Part shown: positions 22,037 to 32,349 of the stretch, piece by piece
How the letters are laid out: each line of letters begins with the position of its first letter
Position numbering within the stretch: position 1 is the first letter of the stretch
Assembly (NCBI RefSeq): GCF_001194135.2
Contig: NC_068982.1
Span: 25,547,987 to 25,580,335 of the forward strand
Length of the DNA stretch: 32,349 nucleotides
Reading direction: 5' to 3'
Source of the DNA: Octopus bimaculoides
Taxonomy: Eukaryota
The notes under the pieces: model-generated
Databases searched by the model: none
Told to the model about the DNA's origin: nothing
Seen by the model: only the letters and a program-made list of their open reading frames with translations
Program-made: the position numbers and the translations under genes

Positions 22037-23105
22037 NNNNNNNNNNNNNNNNNNNNNNNNNNNNNNNNNNNNNNNNNNNNNNNNNNNNNNNNNNNNNNNN
22101 NNNNNNNNNNNNNNNNNNNNNNNNNNNNNNNNNNNNNNNNNNNNNNNNNNNNNNNNNNNNNNNNNNNNNNNNNNNNNNNNNNNNNNNNNNNNNNNNNNNN
22201 NNNNNNNNNNNNNNNNNNNNNNNNNNNNNNNNNNNNNNNNNNNNNNNNNNNNNNNNNNNNNNNNNNNNNNNNNNNNNNNNNNNNNNNNNNNNNNNNNNNN
22301 NNNNNNNNNNNNNNNNNNNNNNNNNNNNNNNNNNNNNNNNNNNNNNNNNNNNNNNNNNNNNNNNNNNNNNNNNNNNNNNNNNNNNNNNNNNNNNNNNNNN
22401 NNNNNNNNNNNNNNNNNNNNNNNNNNNNNNNNNNNNNNNNNNNNNNNNNNNNNNNNNNNNNNNNNNNNNNNNNNNNNNNNNNNNNNNNNNNNNNNNNNNN
22501 NNNNNNNNNNNNNNNNNNNNNNNNNNNNNNNNNNNNNNNNNNNNNNNNNNNNNNNNNNNNNNNNNNNNNNNNNNNNNNNNNNNNNNNNNNNNNNNNNNNN
22601 NNNNNNNNNNNNNNNNNNNNNNNNNNNNNNNNNNNNNNNNNNNNNNNNNNNNNNNNNNNNNNNNNNNNNNNNNNNNNNNNNNNNNNNNNNNNNNNNNNNN
22701 NNNNNNNNNNNNNNNNNNNNNNNNNNNNNNNNNNNNNNNNNNNNNNNNNNNNNNNNNNNNNNNNNNNNNNNNNNNNNNNNNNNNNNNNNNNNNNNNNNNN
22801 NNNNNNNNNNNNNNNNNNNNNNNNNNNNNNNNNNNNNNNNNNNNNNNNNNNNNNNNNNNNNNNNNNNNNNNNNNNNNNNNNNNNNNNNNNNNNNNNNNNN
22901 NNNNNNNNNNNNNNNNNNNNNNNNNNNNNNNNNNNNNNNNNNNNNNNNTATATATGTATGTATGTATATATGTATATATATATATACATATATATATACT
23001 CACACACATACATATATCGAAAGAGAATGAGAGAGAGTGCGATGTATGAGTTTATGTATGTATGTATGTATGTATGTATGTATGTATGTATGTATGGATG
23101 TATGT
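21969..23105. repeat. (TG)n, assembly gap (N 22037-22948), (TA)n and (TATG)n
   Basis: Directly visible. Confidence 0.95.
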
Positions 23106-23811
23106 ACGTATGCTTGTGTATTGCATGTGTATTGCAATGCGGGAGGGAAAATACATTTATGCAGATTGTGCGAGTGTGGACATGAAATCTGAAGCTTCAT
23201 CTAATGGAAAATCAGCAGTAAAATCACTCGAGGTAAACATACAATGAAATCTCGTTTAATTGAAATTTCTCAAATTTCATGTACACCTAATTCTAGAGAG
23301 TTGCTCAATACATATAAATACGAAATATACCCGAGGCAGCATAATATGTATTTCTTTGTCACGGTGGCCTTAATCTTCTTCATAGGCTTCTTGAAGCACC
23401 GTTGTGACATAGAGTGAGTCTTGTACATTATTTCCAGCGGAGATCATCGTATTCAGTTTGATCACATACGATTTTCTGTCCTTTTTTTTTCTTTTGACAA
23501 ACACTGGCAGACAGCAAGACAAGTGAAAGATCGATCTCAGAACAGCACTTATACTTTTGAAACGGACCCCGGAAAAGGTAGATAGCAAAATCGACACGCG
23601 GCATTGGTAACGAAGTAGGACTTTACCTATAGTTTTTGAATCTCTGTATTCTGTGCTAACAAATCGAGGAAGTTTGCTATTTTAGCATGCTTATATATCT
23701 ATATATANNNNNNNNNNNNNNNNNNNNNNNNNNNNNNNNNNNNNNNNNNNNNNNNNNNNNNNNNNNNNNNNNNNNNNNNNNNNNNNNNNNNNNNNNNNNN
23801 NNNNNNNNNNN

Positions 23812-23848
<37 letters not shown>

Positions 23849-23999
23849 GTATGTATGTATGTATGTGTGTATATATATGTATGTATATATGTCTATATCA
23901 TTATCATCCCAAAATGTAATAATATGTGTGTGAGTGTGTGTGTGAGTGTGTGTGTGAGTGTGAGTATATATGTTGCTGAATCGCATGAGGGCCTTTACG

Positions 24000-25140
24000 A
24001 ATCAGAAACGCACTTATGTGTAAGTTTCCTACCAGCAAATTGACCCTTCCAAGATACATCTCTTTCGGCACACGATATTACACCACGAGTCTAACAGAAC
24101 GAAAGCTAAATTTGTCTATATGCATATATACTTGTTCTCTCGAAAGTTATGCAAAACCGGACATAGCTTTTATGAAACAATTCGTTCCAATTTACATGAT
24201 GACAAAATAACTATTCCTCTCTACCAAAGAACTATTCAACATAATCCCGTCCCATGCGGCCCATTTGCGCTCGAATTCGCTTTAAGAAATTTTGAGAAGT
24301 GCACTGATTTATCGACTTCTCCACAGCTCATCTGCATCTCATCAATGTCATCAAATAGCTCTCCCCGAAAACCAAAATTCCATTGGATGCTTGAAGTCTT
24401 TTCAATTTCTTTTTTTTTTTTTTTCGTAAGTATTTCTTGAATTTTGCAGGAAATTCATATGTACATTTGATAGTAACTGTCTAGAAAATTGGTTAGCATC
24501 TTATCTTGTTTTGAAACAATTCGAATATTGTTCGAAACTATTTCAATTCACTTATTTTCCACTAATAAATTTGAGGACGACAAAATAATGTTCATACATT
24601 CTGGAATTTCATAGTCATCTGAAATCGAGATTAAGCACGTCAATTCGAAATACATGAATGTATCAGAAGAAAGTCGCAGGAACTGTAACGTAAGATTTGA
24701 GCACAGACTGAACTAAAACGAGGTAAATCTGTGGTTCAAAGCACTTCACTCCTCTTGAATACCATTGAAAAAAGTCTTCAATAGCTCACTTTATATTTAC
24801 ATTTCCCCTTGTTAGAAAGAAATCAATATTTTCAAGCAAAATTGTTTCAGTATCTTTGATTTTATAATCTGATATAAGAATAATATTTTGAAAACATCAA
24901 GATGATGTGCTAAACTTCTGAGAAATGTACTTGACTAGGATCTTGGAATACTCCTCGTTGTACGCATGTGTTGACACAACTTGTAACATAATGGATTAAA
25001 TATCCTAATTCATTCAGTCTTGAAACTCTAACTATTGACATTTCTATTACATTTCGGTCGAGTTTGCTTTCTCCTTTTTCTAAAATAGATGTCTATAATA
25101 CAATGTCCTAACAACATTTTGAATATCAAACTGGACAAAG
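24000..25140 (-). pseudogene. Decayed coding-like tract of unknown family
   Basis: About 350 codons can be read with ~3 frame changes and few stops: ...LNELGYLIHYV/AYNEEYSKILVKYI...AIEDFFQWYSRGVKCFEPQIY/YFELTCLISISDDYEIPECMN...SIQWNFGFRGELFDDIDEMQMSCGEVDK. Composition is globular-protein-like, but no family was recognised. Confidence 0.4.
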
Positions 25141-25840
25141 TAATAAATTCTTGAATTATTAGTAATGAATGATGAATTAAAAAAAAAAAAAATTTGTTTA
25201 ATCTTAAATTTCTTAATCTGATTTCAGTATTTGAAGGCTGATATGAATAGCTATGAATATACATAAATCTTTTTTATAGTATTACTAAATGTCTAGTATT
25301 TTCGCCGTTTCTTGCTTGTTCATGTNNNNNNNNNNNNNNNNNNNNNNNNNNNNNNNNNNNNNNNNNNNNNNNNNNNNNNNNNNNNNNNNNNNNNNNNNNN
25401 NNNNNNNNNNNNNNNNNNNNNNNNNNNNNNNNNNNNNNNNNNNNNNNNNNNNNNNNNNNNNNNNNNNNNNNNNNNNNNNNNNNNNNNNNNNNNNNNNNNN
25501 NNNNNNNNNNNNNNNNNNNNNNNNNNNNNNNNNNNNNNNNNNNNNNNNNNNNNNNNNNNNNNNNNNNNNNNNNNNNNNNNNNNNNNNNNNNNNNNNNNNN
25601 NNNNNNNNNNNNNNNNNNNNNNNNNNNNNNNNNNNNNNNNNNNNNNNNNNNNNNNNNNNNNNNNNNNNNNNNNNNNNNNNNNNNNNNNNNNNNNNNNNNN
25701 NNNNNNNNNNNNNNNNNNNNNNNNNNNNNNNNNNNNNNNNNNNNNNNNNNNNNNNNNNNNNNNNNNNNNNNNNNNNNNNNNNNNNNNNNNNNNNNNNNNN
25801 NNNNNNNNNNNNNNNNNNNNNNNNNNNNNNNNNNNNNNNN

Positions 25841-25878
<38 letters not shown>

Positions 25879-26085
25879 TATACCAATATACACACATACA
25901 CATGCATATATACATAGAGACAAATACACACGCATAGATATACATATATATATACACTCATACACGTACATATACATACCATATACACCCACACATACAC
26001 TCACATATTGGTTATTATATTATATTATATTTATGATATATTATATTATAATGTCAGTTGTATTTCTCTATTAATTCATTATTTG

Positions 26086-26118
<33 letters not shown>

Positions 26119-26544
26119 NNNNNNNNNNNNNNNNNNNNNNNNNNNNNNNNNNNNNNNNNNNNNNNNNNNNNNNNNNNNNNNNNNNNNNNNNNNNNNNNNN
26201 NNNNNNNNNNNNNNNNNNNNNNNNNNNNNNNNNNNNNNNNNNNNNNNNNNNNNNNNNNNNNNNNNNNNNNNNNNNNNNNNNNNNNNNNNNNNNNNNNNNN
26301 NNNNNNNNNNNNNNNNNNNNNNNNNNNNNNNNNNNNNNNNNNNNNNNNNNNNNNNNNATCATTATATTGGTATATAATTGATAGACAGGATGGTATAAAG
26401 CTATCTACAGCCGCAAATATGTTCTTTCCCAAGTATTATATCACAAAGAAGTCACCAAGAACAAAGTAAAAGAGGGAGAAACATGAGAGATAAATGGTGA
26501 GAGTCCACTTGGTATTGTCCATTGTAATATCCATTGTAATATAC

Positions 26545-26645
26545 CTTGTAATATCTTTATCCTTTAAGTTGATACATTTACATAAAAGTTCATCGGTACT
26601 CCGAAATCTGTCCATATTGTGCCACAATTCAGGGTAGAGTGAATG
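26545..26645 (-). CDS. Candidate coding exon (33 codons + 2 nt) of an unidentified gene
   Basis: ttgtttatttag| and AAG|gtatat boundaries; the open frame reads HSLYPELWHNMDRFRSTDELLCKCINLKDKDIT. Confidence 0.22.
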
Positions 26646-26934
26646 CTAAATAAACAATACTAGCTTATATGAGCTAGAAGGAGAGGGTCCAAAGAAGGAA
26701 GAAGTTGGCGGTTAAGACAATATAAAATACCATTTTATTTCTTCTTTTTTTTTTTACTCTTACAGTGCTACTCCCTTATTGCGTGATTTTGGACAAACTT
26801 TCAAACAAGTTCATTATTATAATAGATTACTTGCTTATAATATCTGACACGATTTTCACACAGATTATTTTTTAGTATTACGGAGATATACTTGCATAGC
26901 AATCGACCTGATCTGAGATCGTGTGCTGGAACGA

Positions 26935-27119
26935 AAACAACTGCAGCGTGAAAGGTGTTTATAAGCCATTTAAGAAACACACAAAAACCGTTAGATTCAC
27001 TTTAACATTTAAATTTAATTTGCCAAAATATTTTCGTCGCTTTGAGACCACGACCTGTTCACTGACAAAATTCCGTGCTGCATCTCAGCTTATAAACACC
27101 TTCCACGCTGCAATTGTTT
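26935..27119. repeat. 32-bp inverted repeat pair enclosing 121 bp (MITE candidate)
   Basis: aaacaactgcagcgtgaaaggtgtttataagc (26935-26966) vs gcttataaacaccttccacgctgcaattgttt (27088-27119): 30/32 complementary. No clear TSD. Confidence 0.85.
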
Positions 27120-30100
27120 ATTTTTCAGTAGATTTTCTGTTTTCTTTCAAGCTACAGTAGAAACTTGTTTTAAAATTCATTTCTCGGTTTCACATATTGT
27201 TTATAATGATCTAACGAAATTATTATCAGATGTACTAAAAATAAAAGTAGGGACACTAGCATGTGAACGCTATGAAGATATATAATAAATATACTTGTTA
27301 TATTTTCTCTCCCCGCCAACAACCAAGAGAGAACAATAAAGGGGGAGATTAATATTCGTTACTTATAGTGTATTGACCCTGCATTCGGAGTTCAAATCAT
27401 GTAGCCGGAATCACTACAGAATTGTCAATCAAATATATACCAGACGAGATGAAATCACTTTTTGCACGGGAAATCAGGAAACTATGATATGATAACGTCA
27501 TACCAAAATACTAGAACGTATCTTTCGTTAAATTAACATTTATCAATGCAATAAATGTTACACAATGTAACTATATGGTGAAAACTATACATAGAATCTT
27601 TCCATGAAAATAATATACGTGAGAATTAAACACAAGTAAATTATGGGGTCAAAATAATCGACTTTTGCAAAATACCATCTCTTGATGGTAAGTAATTTCA
27701 GTATTAATAATTGTCGAGAGAGTAAATATAGATATTTCGAAACTCAGAGAAGCCAAGCGTTTCCGTTTTGTCTTGTTTGCACGGTTTCAATGAACTTACT
27801 GCTCATTCCTATCTATGAATATATGGAAGGTCGCAACGATTGTCTCTTTTGTAGCTTGCACGCATAAAATTTATATATTTCTATATAAATCTAAATAAAT
27901 ACACAACTTATACTTTTAAACATGGCTAACATAAACGTAGGGAATTATTTTCTTAACCTGTTACCACTATCATTTCTTTAACGAAGTGATAATTTATAAT
28001 CATTATCCTATAATTTTATATCTACTCATTCCGTAATACTCGTGATTACATGCATTATTCTTTAGTACTAAGTCAACTTAATTTATACGAAAGAAACTTA
28101 TAAATTAAAGTCTCATTCATAACCATGCAGTAGAATTCTATATTTACGACAATATTATACAATTTGTCCTTCTTGCAAGTAGGTAGTATGTGACTTTTAG
28201 AAATTTGGTTATTTATAGCTGATCAGAGTCTTTTTCCTTTTGCTTCTTTTTGACAGAAGAAAATATACAAGAAACGAAGAGGCGAAGAGGGAAAATTACC
28301 GGTCGCTTATCCTGTTATTTTTTGGTTGTTGTTTACATTGTTTATACATTGAAATTAAAGCCAAAATGTCTGAAACTAAAGCTACCAAGCATACAAGCAA
28401 AATTAAAATTCTAAACCTTTCACAATCAGATGCACACATTATGCGAAAGAAATATTTCTAAATTTGCCTCAAACAAGAAATTTGCATAATTGATTAAAAT
28501 AAATTTAATTATATTATCGATCCTTCTTAACGTTTGAAGGATTAACGGTAAAAAGACGTGAATAATTAATGCAACGATAGGTGAAAAAGGAAAGATTGCA
28601 GAAATATCTTGAGGGAATTTGTCTGATGCGCAACTCTGTGCAGTGTGGTAGGTTATCTTAGGCCAGTACGTTGCTGGATTTTAAATCTATCAGCAATTAG
28701 AAACATTAGATATATGAACATAAATAGCAAAATAATGCTGCTTTGCAATAAATATTAAGCGCTTTGTGAAGAGAAGTCAAATTCTGCCAATTTTAATTTT
28801 GTTTTATATCCATGTTGCTGATAAATCATTAGTCGTATAACAGGTTTACTCTCTCTGTCTTTCTCTCAGATTCGGCTTTAAAACTTGGAGAAGAATTGAG
28901 GAATAGAATTAACCACATATTTTCATGTCACAAACAAATGTGAAAAGAAGCCAGAGAATTTGAGGGATGTAAGAGGAACTGAATTACTGACTGTCAATTA
29001 GCCATGCAATTTTCGGATGCCACCTACTCTCACATTCAAAACTGTTAATTCGCATAATATAGGTTATTATAAACAGACAGATACATATATAAATCCATGC
29101 ATACATATAAGTATGTTTATGTATTTCTATCTGTTTATGCGTTTGTAAATATATGTGTATGTATGAGTATGTGTGTGTGCGAGTGTGAATGCTTTATGTG
29201 TGTGTTATAAATATTTGAATTTCGAATACCTGTTTGGTAAATTACTTTAGATAGAGAGTATGTTGAAATTGAAAAACTTTTAACATATAACGAGCGTACA
29301 AAAAGCCGCTAAATTTGCAAGGTCTCTCAAACCTCCAGACAGTAAAATAGAGTCTGTATTCGTTTGCAATGTATCGTTCTATTTTATGTCTTCTTTTACT
29401 TCATTTCTATTTACGTGATAATGGAATCTCCATCGCTACTTTCTGAATACATGATCGAATTGACTGATGGAATGGCATATATAAGTCGAAGTGGGGAATA
29501 TACAATAAAAAATAATAAATGCTGTTGGATGTCTAATGTCACAATGCAAGAGGTTAGAATATTTTGTAGTTGTGCTTCATTTCAAAGATTTTTGACGTGA
29601 ACATGTGTACTGAAACATTATTTGTTGTATCTCGGAACGGTCATTGGCATGATAATCCTCCCAAAATACAACAAAGTACAAGAGTATATTTGTAAAAAAA
29701 TATAGCTAAATATAAATTTTAAATACATTATTTTTCATTCCTTTTTTAATACTACTGTGTGTAGTTAGTTCCTATTGATATTATGCATAACCTTGCCTTG
29801 AAATTCCATAAATTGGTCTCTTACACAATTACACACAAGCTGTTAAATTCCATTATTTATGAGTTATTTTATGCCTCGAAAATTGAATTTCTGCTCTGTT
29901 TTTCCTATTAGCCTTTGTTTTCTTTTGTTTTCCAAATGAGGTTCATTGATCAAATCAGTCGTTAATTAGATATAAAGACTGTTCATTTTATGTTGGGCCA
30001 ATTGTACTTCTATATAGAAATGAGTTTCATTTATTTCTATTGATGTTGTCGTTGTTGTTTTGACACCTCAGTTTAGTGTTTCTTTTAGATTCACTTCTCC

Positions 30101-30660
30101 TTTACTGTATTTTATTCAATTCGTTTTTCTTTTTCATTCCAATTACGTATTGATAGTAATATCGCTCTATATTTATATATGTATGTGTGAATATATCAGA
30201 ATAAATGAGTCAAAGTAGACGATCGAAATATAACATTTATTAGATTTCAATTAGAATTAGTCACAGGTAAATTTATCAACTGTTATTGTTACTGATGCTG
30301 GAAATCATTGCAATTTCAACTCCTCATATCTTTAAGTAGAATTACTATTGTCGTGATAAATATAAAGACTTCGTGACGATGTCCATTGTAGTGTTGTATC
30401 AAATATACAAGTCCTTTATTATAGAAAGATGGCACAATTGAAACGAATACCTGATACTCAAGAATTCCAAAACCTTGAGGGGTATAAAAGTGCATATGAA
30501 CCTTCACAACCAGTTCTGATTTCAATTAATTCTTTCATTAAGTTCTGTTCGTATTAATATAATCTTCATAACCCTTTCTCTGGTTGAGATCGTTTGACGT
30601 AACTTCATAAATGTCGTTTGAAGAATGTCCGGTACATGAAATATGCCACTCACAGCGTAC

Positions 30661-30694
<34 letters not shown>

Positions 30695-30745
30695 GTGTGT
30701 GTGTGTGTGCGTGTGTGTGTAATAATAATAATAATAATAATGATA

Positions 30746-30807
<62 letters not shown>
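30661..30807. repeat. (TG)n followed by (AAT)7 and (TTA)20
   Basis: Directly visible. Confidence 0.97.
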
Positions 30808-30808
<1 letters not shown>

Positions 30809-30872
30809 TTTATTATACGTATAACAACAAAAGAATGAGACCACCATATTTATAGAAATGGGGGATTATTTA

Positions 30873-31196
30873 ATATGTTATAAATTAGAGCAAATAGTAG
30901 ACGGTTGTCATTATAGTATCCAGAGTTTCGAATGTCGGAGCGAAGAGCTACTATACATTCTCGTTGGCTATTAATGGCTTCGGACGCTACGAAAATCTAT
31001 TAACTATAAGGGAGGTAACTCTAATAGATTGAAACAATAGAAAGATTAAAAATATGATAAAAATATATGAAAAAATATTAAAATATTCACACAGCCATAT
31101 TCTCACAAAAAAATAACGTACATAAACATAAACCACCAGCGTTCACAACGTCTACATACGTACACACACAAACATGTATATGTACATGCACACACA
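30873..31196 (+). repeat. Left arm of long inverted repeat
   Basis: 30901-30978 matches the reverse complement of 31903-31980 at 67/78 without gaps; similarity continues inward to ~31196. Confidence 0.92.
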
Positions 31197-31256
31197 CACA
31201 CATATACGTATGTAAGTACTTATACATACACTCAGACCCGCGCACACAAGCGCATA

Positions 31257-31283
31257 TCTATCTATATATCTATCTATCTATCA

Positions 31284-31372
<89 letters not shown>
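31257..31372. repeat. (TCTA)n and (TA)n microsatellites in the inverted-repeat spacer
   Basis: Directly visible. Confidence 0.97.
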
Positions 31373-31374
<2 letters not shown>

Positions 31375-31690
31375 AACTCAGCCTCCTATACACATAGGTG
31401 CTTACATGCATACACGTAACAATACATATATATTTAGAATATATATACAGACATACATTCGCAATCCCGCATACACACACACACATATATAATATATATG
31501 TATACATATACATACACATACACACATATACACACAGACATATGAAAAAGAAAAAGGAAAAAATGAAAATATATATAAAAACAAAAATTAAAATTAGAAT
31601 TATATATAAAATCAAATATTAAAAATTAATGTGAGTTAAAACGTATGGGAAAGACTGTGCAGGAACATAGTGGAAACGTGGATTCTAGTC

Positions 31691-32004
31691 GTGTGTATGC
31701 ATGTAGGTATACATGTTTGTGTGCGTGTGTACGTACGTAGACGTTTTGAACGCAGGTGGATTATGTCTGTGTATGTTATTTTTTGTGAGAATATGGTTGT
31801 GTATATATTTTCTATATATTTTTATCATATTACTTGTCTTTTTCTGCTCCCATCTATTAGAGCTACTTCTCTTATATTTAACGGTTTTCCGTAGCATTTG
31901 CTGCCATTAATAGCCGACAAGAATGAATTGAAGCTCTTCGCTCCGACATTCGAAATTCTGAGTACTATAATGTCAACTGCTTACAGTTTGCTGCAATAAC
32001 ATAT
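31691..32004 (-). repeat. Right arm of long inverted repeat
   Basis: Reverse-complement match to 30873-31196, including a perfect 24-bp core (tttcgaatgtcggagcgaagagct). Confidence 0.92.
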
Positions 32005-32006
32005 AT

Positions 32007-32332
32007 CAAAGGCCTTTAATATGCAAGAGACTGAATGGGAGAGCAATGCATGTCATCGCCACAGATTGAGGAAGCAGGTTAAGGAGGAGATCGGCACCTT
32101 TGTGAGAACACGTATTCTGCATGAAGAACTTAAGTGTGCTGCTCGAAGGTGCACTGCCGATGTAGAGAATAGGGAAAGCTTGGTTTGCAATGTTTGCAGT
32201 CGTGTATACTTGTCAAGAGCAGGGCTCATTAGCCACCAATGGAGTTACAGATTCAAAATATAAGTTAGTCCTAGAGCGCATAATGTTCCTGAAGATCAGC
32301 AATGGTCTTCCTCGGTCACGAGTGGATGGCCA
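32007..32332 (+). mobile_element. RTE-clade (BovB-like) LINE 3' end with C-terminal C2H2 finger, 5'-truncated
   Basis: KAFNMQETEWESNACHRHRLRKQVKEEIGTF...CNVCSRVYLSRAGLISHQWSY (C-x2-C-x12-H-x3-[H>Y]), followed by a short 3'UTR and a (TA)n tail. Confidence 0.85.
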
Positions 32333-32349
32333 TAATATATATATATATA

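Noticed and set aside
24120-24440. Plus-strand 106-aa ORF with a CGPFALEFA (ULP1-like) word
   Set aside because: No catalytic His/Asp context; the opposite strand is more protein-like.
27640-27693. VKIIDF kinase-like word before a perfect ATG|gtaagt donor
   Set aside because: DFC rather than DFG, an upstream in-frame stop, and no acceptor.

Overview
Eukaryotic, AT-rich, repeat-dense genomic DNA with seven N-gaps (~2.8 kb in total), almost all bordered by microsatellites. The SINE, RTE and maT families and the very high density of (TA)n/(CA)n/(GATA)n/(AAT)n suggest a coleoid cephalopod, probably an octopus (inference from recalled repeat families, not a database search). No intact, nameable host gene is visible, and most ORF-track entries are microsatellite or N-gap artefacts. 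Well-supported content is decayed mobile DNA: a Penelope-like element (RT thumb + GIY-YIG) with a 5' inversion, three RTE-clade LINE 3' fragments (two with C2H2 zinc-finger tails), a DD37D (maT) Tc1/mariner, a Tc2/pogo-like non-autonomous element, a Chapaev3-type transposon with a nested LINE, and two tRNA-derived SINE families. Unexplained structure includes a ~320-bp-arm inverted repeat at 30.9-32.0 kb, a 32-bp inverted-repeat element, a palindromic 34-bp minisatellite, a decayed ~1.1-kb coding-like tract whose stops are mostly TGA, and a speculative minus-strand exon chain. I cannot firmly support a new biological system from this sequence alone; the best leads are listed as findings.
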